Part shown: positions 10,915 through 21,753 of the stretch, one piece after another
Position numbering within the stretch: the stretch's first letter is position 1
Layout of the letters: every line of letters begins with the position of its first letter
NCBI RefSeq assembly: GCF_018350175.1
Contig: NC_058368.1
Location: 9,734,001-9,798,000, forward strand
Length of the DNA stretch: 64,000 nucleotides
Direction of reading: 5' to 3'
Source: Felis catus
Lineage: Eukaryota
Made by a program: the position numbers and the translations under genes
The notes under the pieces: generated by a model
Seen by the model: only the letters and a program-made list of their open reading frames with translations
The model's database searches: none
Told to the model about the DNA's origin: nothing

Positions 10915-11030
10915 GGCTCCTATTGGCTACCGCCAACTCACGGGGCTCGCTCATTGGCCCGATACCTCCCATTGTCCTGACCAGAGCCCGTTTGCTATTG
11001 GCTGTCTCCGGGGACACGTCATCAAGGATT
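10915..11030 (-). promoter_or_regulatory. HMGB1: HMGB1 TATA-less core promoter with three CCAAT boxes and a CRE-like site
   Basis: ATTGG (CCAAT on minus) at 10922, 10953 and 10997; ATGACGTG on minus at 11015-11022; no TATA seen. Confidence 0.75.
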
Positions 11031-12983
11031 GAAACAGCGCGCAAATCTGAATGTGTGTGTATGCCGGGCAAAGAGGCTGAGGCGGGAGAGGCAGAGGCAG
11101 AGGCAGCAGCTGCTACGGGAAAGCAGAGCTCTATGGTGTATGTGTGCATGTGTCTAACCCAAGCCAGCCCCACACCGGAGCGGCCGCCGGGGCGAAAAGG
11201 GCCTGACTTTTCCACAAGTGTCTCCAACTCCTCAGGCAAAAGAGACACTCACAGGCCTCCCCCCCCCTTCTTACCCCAAACTCACTTCCAAAGCCACTGA
11301 GATAAGAGGCCCCAGAATTTTAACAGACCTTCAAAAGTGAGGGCGACGGTACGAGATCACGTCCCCTGAAAACCGGGGTGTCTGCTAATGCAGAGGGGTG
11401 AAGGCAGCCAAGATTCGAGCCCCTCAACGGCATATGGTTGCGTTACCCTCTAGATCTCGGGAAAGGCAGGGCTTTTCCTCTAACCAAGTGACACGATCCA
11501 GTCAGCCGGTTTTAAAATACCCCTTTTCTGGGCTCATAAGCCGGAACGACAAGCTTGCTGAGCAGCCGAAATCTTGACTCCCTGAACAGGCGTTCAGTTT
11601 CACTCTTTCTCTTGGTTTGATCGAGTTTCCCAGCATGTCTAGAACTTTTTATGTAAATACAAAGCACTGTCTTAACTTCCTGGAAATCAAATAATTATTC
11701 CATGTAATTAAAGCACAGCTCCCTCGTTCTGATACGGGGTACTCTAGCAGGAACCGTTCGTGAGGGCCTGCTAGAATTAGCAAATTCATTAGAGACCGCA
11801 TTTTTAACTGTTTGGCTGTTTTCTTTGACTTGGTGTGGATTACTGTTATAATCAAACGAATCCTTGTGATGCTATCTTTCCCTCCCATCACACCACTTAG
11901 TGCATCCATGTAACTGCTCTAGGATTACAGCAGTTGTAGGTGTATTGTTACCCGAGGATTAGATGCAGGCAGAGAGTGCGTATGCCCAAATCCACAGGCT
12001 GTGGTTTCCCTAACTCACCAAGCTGGCTGGTATTAACAGACATACTTATTACGTCTGTAAAGAAAATGTACTAGCTATAATGGCCAGTTCTGAAGGCTAT
12101 ACTTCTATGAGTCTTTTATGAAACTATTATCTATGCCTCCTTAGCCTATGCAGACCACACCCCTATTCGGTTATAACAGACTTCCCCTTTTTCACCCTCT
12201 AATGGAATGTTTATACACTTTTAAATCCACCGGCCAATTCTTCCCAAATGTGATAGATCTAAGTTAAAACAAGTCATTTTCTTATGTTAATTTCGTTTCT
12301 TATATCCACTCTAAGCATCCATAACCTAATGCGTTTGCTCCCATTTGTTAGGCTCTTTGAGAATAGGCTCCGATAACCTTTCCTGACCTATAGATAACCT
12401 TTTTAAAAAGGCTGGTCTCAGGGATTCCAGTCCTGTGGAATGGACAATACATACAAATGCACGTGAAAATCAGCATACTATTAATATATAAACTAGCATA
12501 ACGTACATGCAATATTTAAAAAGCTAACATCTAAAGGTAACTTTTATTTTGTTATTTTCACACGTATTTACCCTTGTCTCCTTTCTCTATGAATCACATT
12601 TTGCGATCCATTCGAATCTACATATCTACCTCAATTCTGCTTTACCTTCTCGGGGCCTATATTACAAAATATTGATAAAAATTGTCTACATTTTAAACGG
12701 CGTCCATGATATCAAAATCTGACTATTATTTGAAGATAGCACTATCAGCATTTTTCAGGAGCAATGTTGGACTTGCCCTGTCCCAACGACACGACTTTTA
12801 CCAGTTTTCTGTAATAGCTCACTCCTGCCAGGCTAAGTTCATGGTCACAGAACTGCAGGAAAGTATGGGCCCACACAGGTTTCAATTTCAGCAGGATGGT
12901 GCGGTAATAGGCACTAGATTTAAATAGAGACCTGGGTTCAAATCCCAGCTCTGCTACTTACCAGCTTTATAATCTTAGGCAAG

Positions 12984-13128
12984 TTTTTTTTTTTTTTTTT
13001 TTTTTTTTCCCTTCAGGTGTTTATTTAAATTCTACCTAGTTAACATACAGGACAACATTGGTTTCAGGAGTAGAACTGAGTGACTCATCACATACATACA
13101 ACACTCGGTGCTCATCATAATGAGTGTT
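12984..13128 (-). mobile_element. Extremely 5'-truncated carnivore L1 3' end inserted in a MIR
   Basis: Poly(T) plus gttaacatacag...ggtttcaggagtagaa...tacaacactcggtgctcatc; TSD ttaggcaagttttt at 12975 and 13129; MIR core (agacctgggttcaaatcccagctctgc...aacctct) on both sides. Confidence 0.85.
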
Positions 13129-13819
13129 TTAGGCAAGTTTTTTAACCTCTTTGTTGCTTCTTCAATTCTCTCAGTATAACATGGAGGTGGTCACAGGGTT
13201 GTTGGAAAGATTAAACTTTTCTTTCAAAGGTTTCAAATTGTGTCATGCACATCCCTTCAAACCCATGATTTAGAAAGCATCAAGTACAGTTAACTTGGAG
13301 TTTTTCTTTATTATTTTTAATTTTATGAGGGCAGTGGTTGCAAATCTAATGAAGCCTTTTTATTTCAATCCTAGACTCAAACACTAATCTTCATCCGTTC
13401 TAGTGAAGATGCCTTTATATATTCCCAAGTGTAACAGAGGCCAGGTCAGAGGAACATAAAAACCTCCACTTACAGGCACAACATTTCTCATGTTTGTTTT
13501 TCCATTATATTAGGGAGGGAAAGGCATAACAAGGAAAGAAGCTTTTAAAGAAACCCTACAACTTCTAGCTCTAATCCTGCAACCTTGATGTTCACTTATT
13601 CATGATGGTAGACCCCTTCCTTCCTCAACATGAATCACTGGCCAGAAACTGGCATACAGTTCATGTTAGAGTTCTTGGGTGTTTGATCTGAAATTACAAA
13701 GATACCTAATTCAAAAAGCCCGAATGCTCTCTCCCATACCTCATTTAGCTAACTGAACTGCCGATCTTCACTAATACAGTTTACACCCTTCCTGAAGCTT
13801 GCCTCAATCTCCTCTACAG

Positions 13820-14032
13820 GGTAGGTGACGGGCCTCTCTTCTGCGATCCCATAATATTCTGTGCATTATTTATCGTGTTCACAAGTGTGCTTATCCAGTT
13901 ATGGGTCTGCTTGTCCTACTGCACTGCATCCCTTAAAGGCAGGGACCCTAGCTTATCTTTGTATCCCAAGCACCTACCAGGGTGCCCGGCATCTGGCAAG
14001 CACCAAATAAAGTCTGTTGAATAAATGAATTA
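13820..14032 (+). mobile_element. L2 3' end relic
   Basis: ggcagggacc...tgtatccc..gcacct...tgttgaataaatgaat terminus typical of L2. Confidence 0.65.
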
Positions 14033-14191
14033 ACAGCTGAAAGAGTACTTACTGCAAATTATTGTTTTAATCTTCCTCTTCCATCTTTGGAGATAAGCAT
14101 TGGGGTCTCTCTAAATCAGAAGGCAGGAAAATAGAGTAATAAGTAAATGTTAGGATACTAAAAGTGAGGATAGATGCCAACTGCATCATCA

Positions 14192-14400
14192 TTTTTTGTT
14201 AAATGTTTATTTGTTTTTGAGAGGGAGACAGAGTGCACGCAAGCAGGGGAGGGGCAGAGAGAGAGAGGGGCAGAGGATCCGAAGCGGGCTCTGTGCTGAC
14301 AGCAGCTAGCCCGATGGGGGAATTGGAGCTCGAACTCATGAACCACAAGATCATGACCTGAGCCAAAGTGGGATGCTTCATTGAGTCACCCAGGTGCCCC
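14192..14400 (-). mobile_element. CanSINE
   Basis: Reverse-strand SINE body. Confidence 0.9.
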
Positions 14401-15451
14401 CGCATCTCAGTTTTATAACTTAACATGGGGAAGATGGGACTGGGGGGCTGGAGGGCATCTCAAATTTAGACAAACACACACATTTTTAGCAGTTAACAGT
14501 TTCCAACTCGGCCAAGGTTATTCCTTGTTGGATACAGTGGACTATGGCAAGCCAAATAAGAATTTATCACAGAAAACTGCAAGAATGTCTGCCCAAAGGT
14601 TGCTTCCAACAGACATTTGAAACTTAACTCTAATGTAAAAAAATACAAAATGCAGATGGGGCTGTTAAGTCTTTGGCTGAAGGATATTAATTCCTCCCCC
14701 AATGCAGTGAGTCCTAAAGTCAAGCTATGTGAATTGTCCTGTTGTTTCGCTTCTCGACAAGGGCCAGGTTCTGAAAAGGAGTAGAAACAGTAAACCAAAA
14801 TGTCGGATGAGGTCAACCATACTACGGATCATACATACTTAAAAACCTTTTTTCTTCAAGGGTGCTGAAAACAAAGGAGAGAGGAAATCAGGAATAGAAG
14901 AGCACAGGTTTGTGAAGTTTGGACTCCGAGCTAGGACACTGAGTTCCAAGTGCCCTCCTCCACCCCCCACCCCCCACCCCCACGCACATGGACTTCTGGT
15001 AGCCCCTAAGGCCTGTGCTCCGTTTCCCCCACTCTTACTTAGGACTAGTGAAACCTTATCTAATTCGAAAGGATGTTACGGGATAGGCACAAAGCGAGAC
15101 CGGAGGCAGGGGGCTGAGAGGTGGTGTTACATTTGTCAGTGCGTGGAGAAGGCCAAGCTGGTCCTGAGTTGCTTAAGTATTTCTGCCCCAGCCAGAGTTT
15201 TCTGTCTGTGGCTTGCAAGTAGGGAAAGGAGTGAGATCAGCCGTGGGCTGCATTGATGGTGGAGGCAGAGAAAACAGTCCTGAAGCTAATTTATACCAAT
15301 AATATCTCTAGAACTGGAATATTTCACTGGTGAATAAGGAAGAGATAGCACACCTTTTCTTAATAAGATGCCTGTTCTCTCGCCAAAGAATGGTACACAC
15401 GAGGAGGGGAAAGCTTATCCGCAAAACTTTTTGTAAAACAATGATCTAAAT

Positions 15452-15663
15452 TCTTTTTTAACGTTTATTTATTTATTTTTTGAGACAGAGACAGAGCAGG
15501 AACGGGGGAGGGTCAGAGAGAGAGGGAGACACAGGATCTGGAGCAGGCTCCAGGCTCCGAGCTGTCAGCACAGAGCCCGACGCGGGGCTCGAACTCACGG
15601 ACTGCGAGATCGTGACCTGAGCCGAAGTTGGACGCCCAACCGACCGAGCCACCCAGGCGCCCC
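15452..15663 (-). mobile_element. CanSINE (SINEC_Fc)
   Basis: TSD aacaatgatctaaat. Confidence 0.92.
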
Positions 15664-15799
15664 TCCCTGTAGAACAATGATCTAAATCCAACAAAGATCA
15701 CTCTTTTAGGTCTTGATCTCACGAACCACATCAACAGCCCAAATTCAACTGCTGTATTGAAAGTGTCGCAAACCTTAGGAATCAAGGTCTTAGCATACC

Positions 15800-16500
15800 T
15801 AGGACGGCTGTAAGCAAAAAGACAGACGACAGCAAGTGTGGGTGAGGATGTGGCGAAATTGGAACCGTCATAGACGGCTGGTGAGCATGTAACATAGTGC
15901 AGCTGCTTTGGAAAACAGTCTGACAGTCCCTCCGAAGGTTAAACATAGAATTACCATATGACCCAGCAATTCCCACTCCTAGGTATGTATCCAAGAGAAA
16001 CAAAAACACGTCCACACGAAAACCTGCGCATGAATGTTCACGGCAGCCTCATTTGTAATCATCAAAACGCGGAAACGATCCAAGTGCCCGTCAACTGTGG
16101 CGTGTATGAGTGATTAATGAAATGTGGTAGATCTATATGGCTGCGTATTATCAGCCATAGAGGGGAATGAAGGACTGACGCATGCTGAACACGGATGAAC
16201 CTTGGAAACATCAGACTCAGTTAAAAAGGCCAGTGACCCAAGGCCACGTATTGTAGGACTCCATTCATACGAAATGTCCAGAATACCAACATTTATAAAC
16301 ATGGACACTGGATCAGTGATAACCAGGGGTTGGGAGCTTGCAGGGGAAGGGAGTGACTGCTAATGGTGATGGGGCTGCTTTTAGGAGGACAAAAATGTTC
16401 TAAAACCGTTTATGGTAATGGTTGCATAACCCCGGGAAAATACCAAAAACCGTTGAATTGTATGGGAGTTATAGTTCCATAAAGCTATTTTTTTTTAAGA
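15800..16500 (+). mobile_element. Old L1 (L1MB-like) ORF2 end and 3'UTR
   Basis: ttaccatatgacccagcaattcc...ggatgaaccttggaaacat...ccataaagct L1 hallmarks. Confidence 0.85.
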
Positions 16501-16759
16501 AAGGAATAAATGTTTTTATGAGTGGTTTTGATTACCAAACATAGAAGGGGATGACAGAACACTACCCAACTTGCTAGTTTTGTCCAGAACTTTCCTGTTG
16601 CCCCTGGTGTTTAACACCTCGTGAAAACGAGAACCGTTCTCTTCGTTAGGTGAAGATTTCATCTATGGTTGGAGTTACACGTTCCGTGCTTAAAGTGTAT
16701 TTGTGCTACAAAATAATGTGACGAGAGTACTGTCCAGGGGTACGTTGGGAAGTTTTTCT

Positions 16760-16895
16760 TTTCTTTTTTAAATGTTGATTTATTTTTGAGAGAGAGCGAG
16801 CGAGCACGAGGGGGGGAAGGGCAGAGAGAGAGACAGAATCCAAGACAAGCTCCAGACTCTGAGCTCGTCTCTCTCAAAAATCAACATTAAAAAAA
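16760..16895. mobile_element. Rearranged CanSINE: minus-strand 3' half fused to an inverted copy of a SINE tail
   Basis: Left arm aatgttgatttatttttgagagagagcgagc, right arm gctcgtctctctcaaaaatcaacatt. Confidence 0.75.
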
Positions 16896-18357
16896 CATTT
16901 TTAAAACATCACGTTTTCCCACCTAAGCCTACCTCCTCATATCCTCATGGCAATCCTGACTTGCATTTACGGCCTTGGCTTTCAAGGTCTCTGGACAGGA
17001 CCAATACAGTTTGTATATATTAACGTTTGAGAAGAAGTTCCACGGAACAATACCTACCATTACTGTGACAGAGTCTGATTTTTCTCCTGAAAATCCTAAA
17101 TTTACTTCGCAGCCCACCATCAGGCCCCTCGGTTTGCAAAATGCTGCATTAGGGCTGTCGTAAGCAAGCCCTGTTTCCCGACAAGGGTAGTAGCATCAGC
17201 CCTTAGTAACAAGTGTGGGTGCTGCAGGCTGACTGGATAGGACTGAAGAGACGGGCAGGCCGGGAGACATGCCCAGCACCCAGGTCCTACAGCCAGAGTG
17301 CCGCAGCCCAGCAAGGGAGTTTAGGCACCAAGACTGTGGGACTGCCCCAAGCCTCTGAAGACGGGAAAGGGGAGTGCTCTGCTCTGCCAGGGAGACCCAA
17401 GACAAAAACCAGTGCTCCAGGCCACAGGCCTCTGGGAAATGCAAAGAGGTTGACTGCCAGTCCCCAAGGCCATCCGGGCAGCCCCGGTTAATATCCTCAC
17501 CGGAGCGAGATTCCCCACCTTGCACTTGCCGCGAACGAAAGCCAGAACTCGGGAGTCCCCTCTGCCCATCAGGCACTGGACTGGCGGGGAAGTTGGCCTC
17601 ATCTCCCAAAGTACCAGGCCTTTCTTGTTTCCAAACACACAGCACCCAGACTGCCTTGCGGGACTAAACAGAAGCTGATTGCGGGCCCGTATCTGTTACT
17701 CAGGAGGAGGTTAATAAAAAAAAGAACAAAACCAGCAACAAAACGATGTGTATACTTTTTCGGAAAGGTTGCCATTGATCCTTGTTCTAAGGTTTTCCTT
17801 CGGCTTCCAAGAAGGAGAATAAGGAAGTAGGAAGGAGACAGCACAACTTGCTATATCCTAACATAAGTGCTACTGGCAAATTGGTACCACATTTGGAAGA
17901 ACTCTGATTTGGAAACATTCATGGCATTTCACCTGCGGTTTTGCTCCTAGGAACTATTTAGAAAATAATCAGAAAGAAGTAAAAAGCACAAAAAGTTTGA
18001 TGAAGAATACTAACTGTAGCATGATCTACAAGGTGGAAACGACCTACATTATCTAATAACAGGGGCTTGGTTAAATAAATTCTGGTCCATCCTTCCGACG
18101 GATTACCACGATGCAGCTACCAAACGGTTACGAATACTAAATTTAACGACACGTAAAAATATTCACAGTATCTTATCAAGGATCCCTGGTTTGAAAAAAA
18201 GCGTGTATGTAAATCCAAAACAGAATGGAAGGATATACTAAAAAAATGTTAGTAGTGTTTACTACTGGCAAAAGGTTTTCTTCTTTACTCTTCAGTATTT
18301 CCTCAGTTTTCTACAATCAAGTTATATTACTTCTATAGTTAGAAATAAAAGCCCCTA

Positions 18358-18600
18358 GGGGTGCCTGGGTGGCTCAGTCGGTTGAGCGTCCGACTTCAGC
18401 TCAGGTCATGGTCTCACGGCTCGTGAGTTCGAGCCCCGCGTCGGGCTCTGTGCTGATGGCTCAGAGCCTGGAGCCTGCTTCGGATTCTGTGTCCCCCTCT
18501 CTCTGCCCCTAGCCCCCTCACATTCTGTCTCTGTCTCCCTCAAAGATAAATAAACATTAAAAAAAAATAAACATTAAAAAAAATTAAAAAAAAGAAAAAT
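18358..18600 (+). mobile_element. CanSINE (SINEC_Fc)
   Basis: Full head, body and tail; tail unit ataaacattaaaaaaaa duplicated. Confidence 0.92.
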
Positions 18601-19259
18601 TCAGACTTCATTACTCTAGAAACTCTTCCCTATGAGGAAATATACTATATATATAAATATACTATACTATGTATACATAAATCATGCACATTTGTCATAG
18701 CCTTGAAGCAAAGGCATCTCCATTGTTATCAAAAGGTGACCATCCTGATAACACAAATCAGAATTAGGTAATTGTTGGAAAGAAAAGTATTAGCATCGAC
18801 TTGAAACAACTTTTACCTCTCATCTCTACTGAGGTGTCTTCTTTAGTGGATACTCCTTCTTTCTCCATAATTCAGTCCCCAGTCGTCTTTTTGCTTCTTT
18901 GCTCTCTTAGAGACCTAGGCAACCCACTCCACATTGGCTCTTAACCTCCATCTCTATGTAAATAGCCCTGAACTTCCCTGTCAGCCCTGGTCTCTCTCCT
19001 GGACCCCACCACTTAAACCGACTTCTCAAGCTCACCTTCCTGCCTGCTCTCCAGAGGACGCCTCTTTCCGATTTCTCCATTCACTCCGACTTCCCATGCT
19101 GGCTCCTATTCTAGGAGTCTGTGATTCCCCCTTCTAGCTCTTTCCTCGCATTAAGTTCTATAATATCTATGTCACAATACTTTGAATCATTTCCTCTTTT
19201 CATTTTTATTGGCCCCAACTCTGGTTCTGGCACTTATTATTCTGTGGGTCACGACGGAG

Positions 19260-19490
19260 ACGTTGGAACCAGACGCCCATAGGTTAAAATCCTGGCCCTG
19301 GCACTAACTAGCTGTGTCACCCTGGGCCAAGTGAATTAACCTCTCTGAGCCCCAACTGCTCCTGTAAAATGGATCATACTCACCTTTTCAAAGGGGGGTT
19401 GTGAATTTAAACTAGCTCATATACATAAGAGCTGAGCCTAGCACGTAAATTGCTTAGAACACTGTGGACGATCAACAGATGTTGGCTGTT
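19260..19490 (+). mobile_element. MIR
   Basis: actaactagctgtgtcaccctgggccaagtgaattaacctctctgagcc...ctgtaaaatgg core. Confidence 0.8.
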
Positions 19491-20231
19491 TATTTTAGAT
19501 TATTTTAAAAACTGGAATTATCAATGCTTTCCTAATGCATAAAACTCCATTGCTGAAAAAATTTCCATTTAATTACAACATTTTCTTCCAAATTAACTAT
19601 ACAGTCTTCCCCTGGCCTTCAGGGCCCTCCTAGTAGGCACATTGCTCTCTGCTTTCCTTCCACTGCTCTTTCCAATCGACCTGGACCTTGTACTGTCCTT
19701 TGAGCGTCTGGTCACGTTGTTTCTTCTGCTGGTAGTGTCCTTCCCCCACCTCTACGTAAAATCCAACCTGTCCTTTAAAAGCTTCCCAACCTTTTGTAAC
19801 TCTGAACTTGGTGAGCTTTCTTTCATTTTTGAGCTCTGCCTTTCCAATGGTTCTCTAGTGCTGTGCATAGAACAATATATTATATATGTTGTAACCTATA
19901 TAAGTATATTATATATCATCCTCTCTTCCTCATTTTTATTTCTCCAGCACTTTGGTCATCACGGGCATCCAATACATGTCAGCTGATGTAAAGGTGATGC
20001 CTGACTTTCTGCCCACACCTACCACGCTGTCGATGCTGAATTTTAAGAAACAGCACCTACGATTCCCTTCCCTTCAGAGATTAAATTACATTCTAGCATG
20101 TTGGCTTTAGGGACATGGAGCAAAATGTATTGTCATGTTGTCATTTTTGTTGGTCAAAATCAGTGGATATTGGCAACTTCACGTTCAATTTCTATTTAGG
20201 GTGGCCCCTATCCTGATGATTTGGGGCAGTG

Positions 20232-20453
20232 TTTTTTTTAATTTTTTTTTCAACATTTATTTATTTTTGGGACAGAGAGAGACAGAGCATGAACGGGGGA
20301 GGGGCAGAGAGAGAGGGAGACACAGAATCGGAAACAGGCTCCAGGCTCTGAGCCATCAGCCCAGAGCCTGACGCGGGCCTCAAACTCACGGACCGCGAGA
20401 TCGTGACCTGGCTGAAGTCGGACGCTTAACCGACTGCGCCACCCAGGCGCCCC
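20232..20453 (-). mobile_element. Young feline SINEC_Fc (cagccaggtcacgatc subtype)
   Basis: CpGs intact; TSD tggggcagtgttttt. Confidence 0.95.
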
Positions 20454-21523
20454 TGGGGCAGTGTTTTTATGAACTGCTGTTTTAACACATTTTCCTTTCT
20501 GCTTTTTACGGTGTGAGGTGTTGCTTTAGTTCGTAAGGTCAAAAATAGATTCATATTTTCATTCATGTATCTTATTAAAAATCTTTCAGGTCAAAATACC
20601 AGGTCTCTAAATGGTTGCATTTGTGTGGCAACAAAGACGCTTTCTGAGGTTAACACACATATTTTTCCTACATATTCCCAGGTATCACAAAAGTTCATGG
20701 ACTCCTCAAAAGCGTTATCATTGTTCTTGTGTAGAACATTTACTTTGACACCAAAGCGTGTGTTCGCTGAATTCAAGGGGGTCTCTCTAGGTCTTAGATT
20801 TGGAGGGAAACAACCCAACCGTTTATATTTGCATGAAGGTACTCCAGATTTAACAGCAGCAGTGGCTTCCCTGGGTGAAGCTGGTGGTGGGAGAAAGAGG
20901 GAAGCTGATCGAGTCCCACTTGCAAGGTCCCAGGAAGGACCCAGTCTCCAGTATATTTTGGTCACTCCCACCATTGGTGCGTTCCTAAGTACCGTCACTT
21001 TCCCCTCCCTCCTCCCTCTCCCTCCACCCCCCTTCCTGCCTTCTCTCCTCCCCCACCCTGCTTCTCTCCCAACAATGGTTGCTGCTTCACAAACACAGTG
21101 CTTAAAGCACCTAGTTCCTGGGATTTATACTTGCCAAGTGGCTTTGGGGAACAAGCTTTTCTCAAGCCTAGGCATCAAAAGGCACTTATTCCAACACTTC
21201 AGGGAAAAATAGTAACTAAGGAAATTAATAATCTCATCCTCGGCAGAAGAATAGATTTTTGAGAGGCTACAGTCTCTTTTAAAAGAGGTATAATAGTAGT
21301 CTCTTCAATCTTTTTCCTGTTGTGTTTTCTTACCTTACCTGAAGAAATGAAAACTTTCTGCAGGTAGAAACCGTATCCTGACCTACGTGGTATATACCTA
21401 AGTGACGACAAGCTGTCATCATAGGCTATATATTTACTAATGACAGAAGACTCAAAAAACATTTTCTGGAGCTATTAAATTTCTTCAATGGCTGACACTG
21501 AACTTCGTATCTTTCCCAAAGGG

Positions 21524-21753
21524 TTTTTTTTTTTTTTTAATTTTTTTTTTCAACGTTTATTTATTTTTGGGACAGAGAGAGACAGAGCATGAACGGGGGA
21601 GGGGCAGAGAGAGAGGGAGACACAGAATCGGAAACAGGCTCCAGGCTCCGAGCCATCAGCCCAGAGCCCGACGCGGGGCTCGAACCCACGGACTGCGAGA
21701 TCGTGACCTGGCTGAAGTCGGTCGCTTAACCGACTGCGCCACCCAGGCGCCCC
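21524..21753 (-). mobile_element. Young feline SINEC_Fc
   Basis: Near-identical to the 20232 copy. Confidence 0.95.

Larger units (their letters stand above)
8880..11200. promoter_or_regulatory. CpG island covering HMGB1 promoter, exon 1 and 5' part of intron 1
   Basis: Very GC- and CpG-dense sequence, many GC boxes (GGGCGG/CCGCCC), GCC repeats, and YY1-like (A)ATGGC motifs. Confidence 0.95.

Noticed and set aside
9235..10980. Many long overlapping ORFs (160-300 aa) on both strands
   Set aside because: Pro/Arg/Ala/Gly low-complexity products expected from stop-poor GC-rich CpG-island DNA in HMGB1 intron 1 and exon 1; no recognisable domain.
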